DNA of 61,461 nucleotides, filler included. It is 13 parts of 13 records of this genome, joined end to end, with 100 filler letters (N's around TTAATTAATTAA, not from the genome) between each part and the next. Parts side by side here need not be neighbours in the genome. Positions count along the whole stretch, not along the records: positions 45,561 to 49,826 come from SRR7504441_11950; positions 49,927 to 53,564 come from SRR7504441_11951; positions 53,665 to 61,461 come from SRR7504441_11952; 10 more parts are not named here. The stretch is one strand, 5' to 3'. Under the pieces are notes generated by a model. That model did no database searches, was not told the origin of the DNA, and was given only the letters and a program-made list of their open reading frames with translations. Of the stretch, positions 45,763 through 56,052 are shown piece after piece. How positions within the stretch are numbered: the first letter of the stretch is position 1; each line of letters starts with the position of its first letter. A program made the position numbers and the translations under genes.

Positions 45763-45934
45763 CGGCACGTCTGCTCCAGTGATGTGGCCCGGCCGGGTAC
45801 AGTGATTGGCCAACGGAATTTCATCCAGCGCGCCGCGGTGGCGAGCGGGCGACCAGTTAGTACACTCGAGCTCGTTCGAAACAACAAATCTACAAATCTA
45901 GATTTAGTTAATGGTATACGAGCAGCTACAATAG

Positions 45935-47629
45935 TCATAGCTCGCGGTCTTTCTGCTCCGGTGCATCCGGCGGCGGCGGCTCGCTAAGCTTGTCAAACCA
46001 TCGATCCCGTGCACGAATCGCCGCCCGGGCATTCAACCGCGATGTTTGGCTTAGCTTGGCGTTGAGCAAGTGCCACTGCTCGAGTCCAGCTGTTAATTCA
46101 GGCAAAGAGATCGCCGAGTCGTTATCTAGATCATGCCAAGCTATTGTATCGTGCACCCTATTGCTGAATAGCTCTCGACTCATCAACGTGCGGTCAGCTG
46201 TCCGGCCGTCTGCCCCGGCCTGAGCTGGCGGCACACCAGCGGGTGGGCGGTAATCATAAAAGAAATCCTCAGTCAGGAACCAGCCGGCCCAGCCTGTGGC
46301 CCGGCTAGTCAGCGGCGGCTTGACAACTCAGTCACCCTCGCGAGGCAGCAGCACGGAAAGCTCATCCGGCCGTATGAGCCCGTCGGCGTCTTCATCGGCC
46401 TTGCGGAAGAGTGTAGCAGCCATCTCCCTTATGGCAGTGATGTTGGTAGGTGAGCGTCCGGTGCTGGGGGCCTGCAGAGTGGCGAATGATTCCCAGAGCC
46501 CGACACAGTGCCCCTGCACCCGGCTGAGCCTGGCCCCGCATGCAAGCGTGCCTCGTAGTATAGATGTGAGAACAGATGGGTGGGCAAGAAGCGGCGCAAG
46601 TACTGGACCGGCAATGGGAGCTGAACTTGGAAAGTAGTCCCGACCACGCACTCCTGCCCTGGCTATACCGCTGCCAATGCTATCCGCATCACCGGGTTGT
46701 CTCGCGGGGTGTGCGTCTCATGGAAGATGTTGGGAAAGAAGACGATGGCCTCGCCCTGCTCTAGAGTTGCCTCCCATCCTGGGTGCCACAGTCCCGTCGA
46801 GTAAAGCCCTCCGTCGTGAGGCTCGTACCGATCGAGCACGGACCGGATAGCCGGCGGGGGCATCAGCCTGCCACTGGGTTATCAGCCTGCCACTGAAGCA
46901 AGCTCGCACCGCCAGTACTTGCGGCCTTTCAGCTGCAGTGATACAGCTGGGATACAGTATGTGTCGGCGTGGGCCTTCACGGCCCCGCCCCGTCGGGAGA
47001 ACCAAAACTCCTGCGACTCGTTGGCCTCTCGCCTGCCGACAGTGACTAAACGGCAAGTGAGGCTCCGCGCCTGTTGACCAGCCCTTGCACAAAGTATGGC
47101 GGCCGCCACTCTCGCTGTACGCCGGCCCGCACCTCTGGCGGCGCCTCCAGCCCGCCATCCTGGCCAGCCGATCGGCTGCGCGGCGGCACCGGCCCAGCAC
47201 CTTGACGTGCCAGACGTACGGCGCGTTGAGCCTCACCCCCGGTCCAGCGCTGTGCTCCGGCTCCGGCGCTGTGCCCCGGTCCTGTTCGAACCAGTGCCGG
47301 CTGCCCAGGCTAGTGAACCGCTCGTCCCGGCCGTCCGTGTACTCCATCCGCATGCTGGCCGAGGGGTACCGGGTGTGGTACGTGGCGCAGTCGGCCCCGA
47401 GCAACGGGTGATCCCGCCCGGCATCCTCGACGATGAACGGAATCCCAGCCCGAAGCCGACTCGACCATTCAGCGGCTGTGATGTTGCGCACACGCGGCAC
47501 AGGTGCCAGCCCGCCCGGCAGACCGAAATAGTCCGGCCGGGCAGGCTCGTCCAGCGGCCCGCCCAAGGCCGCCGCCGCCCAGCAGAGCCACCACAGGCTG
47601 CAGCCAGATCCGCACTGCATAGCGATCAT
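45935..47629 (-). CDS. JmjC/cupin 2OG-Fe(II) oxygenase with signal peptide, EF-hands and C-terminal KDREL (spliced)
   Basis: Signal peptide SLWWLCWAAAALG. JmjC motifs FWFS...KAHADTY...LQLKGRKYWRL and GEAIVFFPNIFHET. EF-hands DEDADGLIRPDEL and DLDNDSAISLPEL. Ends EQKDREL*. Confidence 0.8.
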
Positions 47630-47677
47630 AACGGACAAACGGACTTGGCGAACGGGGCTCTCTGGGATCGCCGAGCG

Positions 47678-48142
47678 ATGAAGCGTCCTCCGGGCGGACC
47701 GGGCTTGTCCATGACCGGTTACCTCAAGCTTGGGTTCTTTGGGATCCACCGCAACGCCCGGCGGCTCTACCGCCTAGCCTCGTACGGCCTGGTCCGCACC
47801 CGGCCGGCCCTGGCCCCAGCGGGCGGCATCGATCCGGTCAGCCTGGAGCAGACGATTGCCGAACTAGACGAAATGTTCACTCCGACTGGGGCGGACGCAC
47901 CGGCCGAGCTGGATGCGGATGCGGCGTTCGGGCCAGGGGCTAAGACCAAGTGCTCGCACAAGCGGCGGGTGCACTGGGGGAGCGGACAGCGGCTTGTGCA
48001 GAATTTCAACCCGCCGGGGCAGGCGGAGCGGGCGCTGGAGGCGGTCCGGCTGTTCAACCCGGACCAAAAGGAGCTGCAGGCCCGGCGGCGGCTGATGCAG
48101 CAGATTGAGATGCAGGTGGCTGCCACTAGTAGTAGTAGATAG
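47678..48142 (+). CDS. Hypothetical protein divergent from the JmjC gene
   Basis: ATG at 47678 with coding-like composition. The 3' end may be spliced. Confidence 0.4.
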   Translation: MKRPPGGPGLSMTGYLKLGFFGIHRNARRLYRLASYGLVRTRPALAPAGGIDPVSLEQTIAELDEMFTPTGADAPAELDADAAFGPGAKTKCSHKRRVHWGSGQRLVQNFNPPGQAERALEAVRLFNPDQKELQARRRLMQQIEMQVAATSSSR

Positions 48143-48745
48143 TACTAGATAGTGAAGCAGATTGCGGCCTGAGCCGGGCCGGACAGATGTATTCGAATCA
48201 GATGGCGCTGTACAGCCCTCGGGTCAACAGGCGAGGCAGGGGTCGGGGCAGAGGCAGAGGCCGAGGCAGAGGCAAGGGGCGAGGCAAGGGACGCTAATTC
48301 GGAGCTACCACAGTACTAGTGTACTACAGTCACATTGTAAGGTGCTGCGTTAGTAGCTAGCGCCAGGCATCGTAGCATGCTCTGTTTTATCTAACACGTC
48401 GTAAAGCTTAACGCTAGTAGTAAAAACGACCTGTAAAAGGGCACCCGATTGGGTCGAGCTCGATATCAGGCTCAGCTGCAGGCTCGGCTGCAGGCTCGGC
48501 CCTGGCCTTCTTTTTGGCTTCGATCTTGCTGAGTACCATCTTCCAGAATCTGGCGTCCTTGCTGCTCATCTGCACCTTGGGCTTCTTGCGTGCCAGGATC
48601 AGACTGAGCTTGTCCGTACCCTTGGCGTGGTTCTTGTTGTACAAAGCCGTGCTCACCTCCATCTGGCCAACTTCCACCCGAAAGACTCAGTACCAGATGG
48701 CTCCAACTAGCAGTGCTACTAGGTATTAGCACCAGTACAAGTACA

Positions 48746-49384
48746 CTAAGTCTTATCCAAGCTGCCACCTTTCCAGTCGAGAGCTTCTTCCTGGGCCAAC
48801 TGCTGAACTTTAGGCTGTGCAGACACGAGCACAAACACCCCCTTAGGTCGGAGCACCCGACAAGCTTCTTTCAGCATCGTCTGCACCTGCTGCTCGCCTT
48901 TCTCCATGCAAATCACAGCGTCGGCTGTGGCCTTGTCAATCACTATGTCAAAGCTACCGTCCTCAAACCGACTCATGTCGGTGGCGTCCATCGCCAGCCA
49001 CTCCATCCCAGGCAGGTGCCCGTTCCGCTGCTGCATCATCTCGATACAAACCTAACCGCAGCCTTAGCACCACTGCTGCTACTTTCTAACGCTGCTACTG
49101 CTCATTGCGGCACACCGGTGATATGTCGATGTTGACTATGGTAGGTCCTGCCCCGGCCTGGTGCAGCTCTTCGCTGAACGTCGAGTTGCCACATCCGAGC
49201 ATCAGCACCTGTGCAGCAGTCAGCACTCCGAATAGCCTACTGGCACCGAGTGCTCCGGCTGAATCAATTGATCCAGCACCGGGGCCAGCCCCTGGTAGGT
49301 GTGGTGCCAGTCATATACCGCAGTCCCAGACCGGCTGTACCGGTCGTCCCAGTAGCTCGCGCTGGCATACTTGGCGTTTGCCAT
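48746..49384 (-). CDS. Class I SAM-dependent methyltransferase (EEF1AKMT4/METTL13 N-terminal-like, spliced)
   Basis: Motifs YASASYWDDRY...YDW, VLMLGCGNSTFSEEL, NIDISP, MDATDMSRFEDGSFDIVIDKATADA, RVLRPKGVF. Confidence 0.88.
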
Positions 49385-49614
49385 AGTGGCCGTGTCGGAG
49401 CCGTTGCGGCCCAAGCCCCGAGCCCCGGCCCACGCCCGGGCCACTGCCTCGGCCAGCCGCGGGCAGTCCGAGGCCGCCTGGACCAGAAGCTCCCGCCCAG
49501 CGGACACCGCCGCCTCCCGTGCCGGCCGGGGCTCGCGCTCGGCTGCAACCGGGAGCTCAAACTGCGCCATGATGATGAGCGTCCGTTACAGCTGCAGCGC
49601 AAGGTGGGCTGACG

Positions 49615-49826
49615 ATGAGGATCCTGATCAGGGAGGGACTGCGCGACCCGTACGGCGACACGGCGGCGCCAGCGATCGCACTCGAGGTCGAGTCTAGCGA
49701 CAGCTTCGAGGCGGTGAAGCGACGCCTGCAGGAGGAGACGGGAATCCCGGCCAGCAGGATGAGGCTGATGTACTACTGGCGGGTACCGGGGGCAGATCCC
49801 CAGGGCAACGAGGAGACCGGGGGGGG
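49615..49826 (+). CDS. Ubiquitin-like domain protein (3' truncated)
   Basis: IALEVESSDSFEAVKRRLQEETGIPASRMRLMY follows the ubiquitin pattern [33 protein letters not shown]. Confidence 0.75.
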
Positions 49827-49980
49827 NNNNNNNNNNNNNNNNNNNNNNNNNNNNNNNNNNNNNNNNNNNNTTAATTAATTAANNNNNNNNNNNNNNNNNN
49901 NNNNNNNNNNNNNNNNNNNNNNNNNNTACCAATTACTGGTGAGATGAACTAGAGGTGGACTACGAGTATCTAGAGTCGGG

Positions 49981-51049
49981 CTAGTCGGACTGCTCTAGAG
50001 CAGATGTTAGTGAGAATGCCGGATCGGCACCGTACTCGTCGGGCAGCTCCTCGTCTGAGTCGTCTAGAGTCACCCATCTGCCCCAGCCAGTCACGCCAAT
50101 CAAGCCGCAGCCACACATTTGCTCGCCGCTCGGAAGGACCCGCAGCACCAGCTCGGCCTCGGTAGCCTGTGTGTGCGCCTTGTCCAGCCACTCGAGCAAT
50201 CCACTCGCATCAGTGAGCGGAATGATTTCGCCCACTGGTTTATTGCCCATCACGTCCCAGCCGATCTTCTCAAACCCGTCAGCAAACCACTCACTCACCT
50301 GCCGACCGTCTGACGGCTGCCCACCGCACAGCTAGCTGCCTCCTCCGGCACTTGGCGCAGCCGCGGCGCCAGTTGGGAGACCAGCCCCTCGAGGAAGAAG
50401 CCCAGCTGCTCAGGGAGCGGTTCACCCAGCTCACTCACTGTCCTCAGAAAGCCCTGGATGTTCATTCTCAACACCTGCCCCCGGCTCGAGCCGCAACCAG
50501 ACCCCCGCGCCTCGGCCGCCAGCTTCAACGGATCCGGGGGCCGTTTGGAAGTCCAGCCCGGCTCTACTTTCTCTTCCAGTTCCTCTTCTGGTTCCTCTTC
50601 AGGTTCCTCTTTGGTTTTCTGCTCCGGCTCCTCCTCCACCACCTTCTCCTCCGCCTTCTCCTCCGCCTTGGCCTTCTCCGCGGGCTTGGCCTGCTCCTCC
50701 GCCTTCGGCTCAGCTTCCGCCGGTTTGGCCTCATCCGGCGAACCGCTCGGCGACCGTCGCCTCCGGTCGCGGCTCCGGCTCCGGTCCTTCCTCCGGTCCC
50801 GGCTGCGGCCCCGGCCCCGGTCACGGCTGCGGTCGCGGCTCCGGTCGCGGCTGCGGTCACGCCTGCCCAAGCTCGAGTCTGCCGGGCAGCACCGGCGAGC
50901 ACCTCGAATCGCGCCGCCGCCGCCTGTCCTGCGAGCCGCTCCGGTGCCGTCGCCTGGACCTTTTGCGCCGCCTGCTCGGGCTCCGATCCTGCCCCCGGCT
51001 CGCCGCTGACTGGGAAGCGCGGCACCTCGTCGCTGCTGCTCCGACCCAT
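49981..51049 (-). CDS. RS/RD-rich protein (SR-like, spliced)
   Basis: ATG at 51049. Repeats RDRSRDRSRDR...RSRSRDRRRRSP, an acidic linker and a globular C-terminus ending at 49981. Confidence 0.6.
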
Positions 51050-51173
51050 TCAGCACTCAGCACTCGCTCGGCTCGCTCGGTGTGCGACAGGCCCGGCAGC
51101 CCAACGGATTGTACGCCAAGGCCGCCAGGTGGTTGGAGCCAGGCGCACTAGGGCCCTCAGGGAGGGAGGTTCG

Positions 51174-52423
51174 ATGTGGCCATGGCGGTTGGTGGCGCTG
51201 TTAGGGGCGGTGCGGGCATCGACCTGGAGCCCGGGTCCGCTCGTGGGCTACTGGGAGACCGAGCAGTCGCCGGGCCCGCAGCTGCCGTCGGCGCTGATCT
51301 GCCTCAAGTTTGGAGCGTTCAGCGGCGGCCAGGCCAAGTTCGTCGAGATACGGAAACTCTCCTGGGCCGAGCCATCCCAACAGGCCGCCACCGTGGCGGT
51401 CCGGGGCACGGTGATGGCGACCGCCGGGAGCGGCAAGGGCTTCCCCAAACCGAACGGCCTGCTCAACTTCACAGTCAGCACCGCCAGCTTCCGTTACGGC
51501 GAGCCGACAGACAAGGTGCGCCCGGTGCTTGCTGGCGGCCAGCTGACCTGGCCGCAGGTGGCCGGGCTCAAGGCCGAGGCGGCTAGTCTGGCCAGCCTGC
51601 GCCGGAGCTGCCTGTACGCTTACGGCGGGGCGGCCACTAAGGACCACAGCCAGCTGAGGCTGCTGTGCAACCCGGCCTCGGGTCAGGGGCTGAACGCGGT
51701 GCTCGGATTCGGCCAGAAGCCCCGGATTCCGGAGCCTGAGCTCGTCAAGACCACCGAGCGAACCCCGATCGAATTCAAAAAGGACCCGGAGGCAAGGTGC
51801 ATGGTGCACGGGACCAAGCCGATCTTCAAGGCCGGGATCCTGCCGCCCAAGAAGACCGGGTACATACTGTGGCTGCAGCTGGATGCCGATCTGGCCGGCT
51901 GGAGCTCGCAAGACTCTGCTGCGGTCAAGAGCGAGCTGGCCGGGTACCTGCACCGGGACCAGTCGCAGCTCGAGCTGGTGAGCTGCACCGAGGGCAGCGT
52001 GGTGCTCCAGATGGTGCTCACAAAGGTCAAAAAGGACGAGCCAGAGCTGCTCAGCACACTGGCCACAATGCAAGCCGAGGTGCGCACAAGCCAGCCGAGC
52101 CTCACCGCCGGGCAGGTGCACGACGCGCTGCTCACGCTGGGCGGGGCGGTGCTGCTGCTGATTGAGTACGAGTGGTACGTGTACCGGCCGTCCACCTCGC
52201 CCGATGACGCGCTGCCCGGCTGGTCAGTCACAGTGCTGCTGCTCGCCTCAACGCTCTTCCTGTGCTGGGTGGCTTACACCGTCCAGTGCCGGCGGATGGT
52301 GCCCGCCCAGCCTGGTTTGGGTCACACAGCTGGCAGGTGCTCGAACTGGAGGAAAAGTATGCAGACGACAAGAATCCATACAAGCGGATCAATAGACGAC
52401 AATATGCCGACGTGATGGACTGA
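51174..52423 (+). CDS. Type I membrane protein (signal peptide, C-terminal TM, spliced)
   Basis: Signal peptide MWPWRLVALLGAVRA and TM WSVTVLLLASTLFLCWVAY. A terminal intron near 52299 gives a short cytosolic tail. Confidence 0.6.
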
Positions 52424-52725
52424 TGCTCCAATCCGATCACAATTCAGTCGCCGATTAGTGTATATACCTTAGTTACTATAAATACTAGTTGAAACCACGT
52501 AATGGATTCATGTGCGGTTAATGTGCGGTGCACAGTAAAATGTTTGTGCAAATTTTAAGAAAACTGGTGTTTGTGCTTGAAGCCAAGAGACAACATTTAA
52601 AGGCGGTGGGATCTTGGGCGGACGCAGCAATCACTCCGGCGGGCGCCACGGGCGCCCAGATACAACGCACGTCCGGAGCAGTGCGCAGTGGGGGAGCCGG
52701 CAGCGCGGAGCATCGACTGTGCAAG

Positions 52726-53028
52726 TCAGGACTGCAGGGCCCGTTTCAACCTCACGAGCTGAGCCTGGCAGACTCGGCTGTCCTCCTGCCCGGCCGTCCG
52801 CGCCTGGGCTGGCAGGCCGCACCCGGCACTTGGTCAGGCTCGACTTGGCCAGGCCGACCTCGTGACCCATCCCGGCAAGCTTGCGGCTAAACGTCCTGGA
52901 CATGCCGTCAAAGTGAACCTGCACCCGTATCCTCAACCCGGCAGCCACGCCTCCCGCCACTTTATGCTCGGCTAGCAGCGACGCAAACTCATTCTTGCTG
53001 CTATCCGAGGCGCCCGTGCTGTCCTCCA
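52726..53028 (-). CDS. Small coiled-coil hypothetical protein (spliced)
   Basis: Starts MEDSTGASDSSKNEFASLL. A short GT-AG intron gives the ending CQAQLVRLKRALQS*. Confidence 0.4.
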
Positions 53029-53109
53029 TTGCATCAGAGCCGTTACAATCGGTGAATCTCGCGCTCACCGTCCGGCGCCACGGTGGCGCGCTCCGAGCTG
53101 TGCTGAGGG

Positions 53110-53439
53110 ATGCTGGAGGAGCAGCTCGCGGCGGCCGAGAGTCAGCTGGCCGATAAGAAGGAAGCGCTGAGCAGGCTCCAGGCCGAGGTCACCCAAGCCG
53201 AGCGCGAGGTGCTGGCACTCCGGACCCAGATGGAAGCACAGCAGAAGGCAGAGGCCGACCGAGCCGCCGAGCTGGAGCGGACCCGGGCCTCGATCCTCGA
53301 GGCCGAGGCATATCACGAGTGTGTGATGTCGGGCGGGCTGGGTGGGGCTCCGTCGCTGGAGGAGCAGCAGTCGAGCCTCCAACGGCTCGAGCAGCTGCGA
53401 GACGATGAGCGGCGGCTGCAGGCGGGCGACGTTAGCTAA
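53110..53439 (+). CDS. Small coiled-coil protein
   Basis: 109-aa ORF with E/Q/A/L heptads, divergent from the ATG at 53028. Confidence 0.55.
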   Translation: MLEEQLAAAESQLADKKEALSRLQAEVTQAEREVLALRTQMEAQQKAEADRAAELERTRASILEAEAYHECVMSGGLGGAPSLEEQQSSLQRLEQLRDDERRLQAGDVS

Positions 53440-53781
53440 TACGTGCAGTGGTGTACGGTGCACCGTACAGTACGTAGCATGGTACTCGCACTCGTATCGT
53501 ACGAGTACAAGTACTCATGAAGAAATAGGAATGAGATGATGAAACAGACAGTTACACACTAGGANNNNNNNNNNNNNNNNNNNNNNNNNNNNNNNNNNNN
53601 NNNNNNNNTTAATTAATTAANNNNNNNNNNNNNNNNNNNNNNNNNNNNNNNNNNNNNNNNNNNNTAGAATGAGTAGTTTGAGTTAAGTTACCAATCCTCG
53701 GCCAAAATAAATTTTGCCATTTTCGGGCCCAGCAGGGTCTCAATTACCACTAAATAATAATCTTTGACCCACTTCCTCAAC

Positions 53782-54972
53782 ATGGCGTCTCGCACTTGGG
53801 GCATGGCTCGCACTTGTGTGGTGGTGGCCTGGCTCTGTGTGTTGGTACTGGGGGAGGCGGCCGAGCCGGGCAGCTGCGGCGGGCTCAAGAAGGCATACAA
53901 AGCCAACGGATGCTGTGGGGCCCCGGCGGCCAAGCCGCTGCCCCGCACGGTGCTCCGCTGCGGCATCAACTACGGCGCCGCCTCCAACGAGGCTCAGATC
54001 ATCCCATTCATGAACCGGCACCTCGCCAAGCTCACCGACGGGGCGCTGCAGTTATCTATCAACGTCACAGAGCCGCTCTACGGCGCAGCGTTTGGAAAGG
54101 TCGAGTCGGGCGAGATCGACTGCGCAGTGACTCTGATCAAGGACATCCCAGATGTGCCGGCGGCCGCAGTGCTGGCCGGTGGGCTGGCGGGGGCGGGGTA
54201 CGGGCTTGACCAGGGGACGATCTTCCGTTGGATGCTCACCGATCCGGCGGCGTCGGGTTTGCTGGAGCGGATGTACGAGGACAAAGGCTATCTCGGGGTG
54301 GTGGCCGCACTGGTCGGCCCGGAGATCCTGGGCTGGTGCCAGCGGCCGGTGCCGACCGTTGAGGATTGGATCAACCAGACCTTTCGGGTGCCCGCAGGTC
54401 TGGTCGGCGAGGCATTTACTAAGCTGATGGGTGAAAACGCCAAGGTGCTCAACCCCTATGACACGATCCAGGCGGTGAAAGCTGGCAGCGTCGACTGCTT
54501 CGAATGGAACAGTCCATACGCGGATGTCGGCATCTTTGGTCAGTTTGATGTTGACTTGCGCGACAGCCCGTACAAGCACCTGTACCTCGGGACGCTTCAC
54601 CAGAACACAATGATTGGTAGCCTCATCTTCTCCAGGCCAGTTCTCGCCTCGCTGTCCGCCTCCCAGCGCGCTGCGATTAACACCGCAGGCGAGCTGACCG
54701 CCCTGGAGATGCAGGCAGCACGGTCGGCTGGAAACGCCGAGCTGGTCAATCAGATGGCAGAGGGCCAAAATGGCTGGAACATTACGTTTCACAACACGCC
54801 AGCTGGGCTGGCCGGGGCGTTCAAGGGCAAGGTGCTCGAGGTGATTGCAGCCCGGGTGGCTGATGGCGACTCGCTGATGGAGGACACAGCGGCCAAGCTG
54901 AAAGAGCTGGCTGCAAAAAGCCGAATCTATAGGTCGTACGAGCTACAAGGCGAGGCTGATCTTTGGAATTAG
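53782..54972 (+). CDS. dctP: TRAP transporter solute-binding protein (DctP/TakP-like), secreted, intronless
   Basis: Motifs LTDGALQLSI, FGKVESGEID, GW..RPVPTVEDW...FRVPAGLVGEAFTKL, IQAVKAGSVDCFEWNSPYAD and LSASQRAAINTA follow the DctP pattern. N-terminal signal peptide. Confidence 0.8.
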   Translation: MASRTWGMARTCVVVAWLCVLVLGEAAEPGSCGGLKKAYKANGCCGAPAAKPLPRTVLRCGINYGAASNEAQIIPFMNRHLAKLTDGALQLSINVTEPLYGAAFGKVESGEIDCAVTLIKDIPDVPAAAVLAGGLAGAGYGLDQGTIFRWMLTDPAASGLLERMYEDKGYLGVVAALVGPEILGWCQRPVPTVEDWINQTFRVPAGLVGEAFTKLMGENAKVLNPYDTIQAVKAGSVDCFEWNSPYADVGIFGQFDVDLRDSPYKHLYLGTLHQNTMIGSLIFSRPVLASLSASQRAAINTAGELTALEMQAARSAGNAELVNQMAEGQNGWNITFHNTPAGLAGAFKGKVLEVIAARVADGDSLMEDTAAKLKELAAKSRIYRSYELQGEADLWN

Positions 54973-55518
54973 CCGCGTGCTACATGTTTGTCTATTGTGT
55001 GTGCACTGTACTAATTCACATGTAAACCCATGTTTACACCCGCGCACGTATACTATGTGCTGTAGCACTTGTCCCTATTAAGTATTGACGTGTCCGCTTA
55101 TTTTCTTTTTTTACGGCGAGACAGGATCTGGGGTCTCTAAAACTGAGCTCGACATGGCGGGGCACCGACTCATGCTGGCCACGCTTCTGTTCGCGGCATT
55201 CGCTCTGTCCACGGCCCAGGAGGGACCAGTGACGAGCCCCGCGACCAGCGCGGACGAGATGGAGCAGGCTGACGGTCCTGCCAGCTTCGAGACGGAGGAG
55301 GGCCCAGCCGGTGAGACTTCCAGCTCGGCAGGGGTGACCTTGCCGTCGCCGTCTTTGTCCATGCGCTTTAGGTCGTCAGTGGCGTACCCCTCGGCGTCGA
55401 CAATTCTGTGTACCAATGTCAACGGAGTCTTCATCTGCAGTCTCAGCTTCATCATCAGGAACGTACAAACTCTGCTCTGTGACGCAGAGCTACGATAGCG
55501 CGCTGGGTCAGGCGACAT

Positions 55519-55959
55519 TCAACTGCTCGTTGGCAGTTTTCCAAGCACAAGCGCTGCTCCCTCCCGCAGAGAAACGCGTTGGGTCCGATCAGCCTGTGTG
55601 CCGAGCGCGGCTTTGAGGGCCTGCATGGTGGCCTGGATCTCGTGGGTGAGTGTACCGACAGGCTTGGTGCAGCCTGGGATGAAATCGTTCCCGCCGAGTG
55701 AGAAAACTACCACATCGCTGCTGGTCAGCTCGCCGGCCGCCTGAAGGGCCTGGGCGAAGCTGGTCTCGCCCTGGCCGCGGCGCCACTGGGCGGCCGTCGT
55801 GCCGCCGATGCCCCTGTTTACCTGGACGGCGCCCCGGCAGTACTTGGCGAACGTGTCGCCCGAGTACTCGGCCCAGCTGTCGCCCAGCGTCAGCACCTTG
55901 AAAGCGCTGGCCTGGCCCAGCCCACCCGCCAGCAGTACTGGCAGCACCAGCCCATTCAT
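55519..55959 (-). CDS. SGNH/GDSL hydrolase N-terminal part, apparently truncated or chimeric
   Basis: Signal peptide, block I LGDSW, block II NRGIGG and block III FSLGGNDF are present. I found no block V DxxH downstream. Confidence 0.65.
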   Translation of the reverse strand: MNGLVLPVLLAGGLGQASAFKVLTLGDSWAEYSGDTFAKYCRGAVQVNRGIGGTTAAQWRRGQGETSFAQALQAAGELTSSDVVVFSLGGNDFIPGCTKPVGTLTHEIQATMQALKAALGTQADRTQRVSLREGAALVLGKLPTSS

Positions 55960-56052
55960 GGGAGCCCGGGTGTTGTCCGTTATTACGAATGATTCACGTT
56001 CATTGAATGAATCCCGAGTTTTTATTCCTCAGGCCGGGGCGGCTGGATTGCA

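Noticed and set aside
48231-48290. GGCAGA/GGCAAG short repeats and a nearby TAG run
   Set aside because: Simple low-complexity intergenic sequence with no further structure.
50352-51173. Upstream extension of the 687-aa ORF and many other long antisense ORFs
   Set aside because: These are shadow ORFs caused by high GC content. This stretch is antisense to the RS-rich gene, and the signal-peptide start is at 51174.
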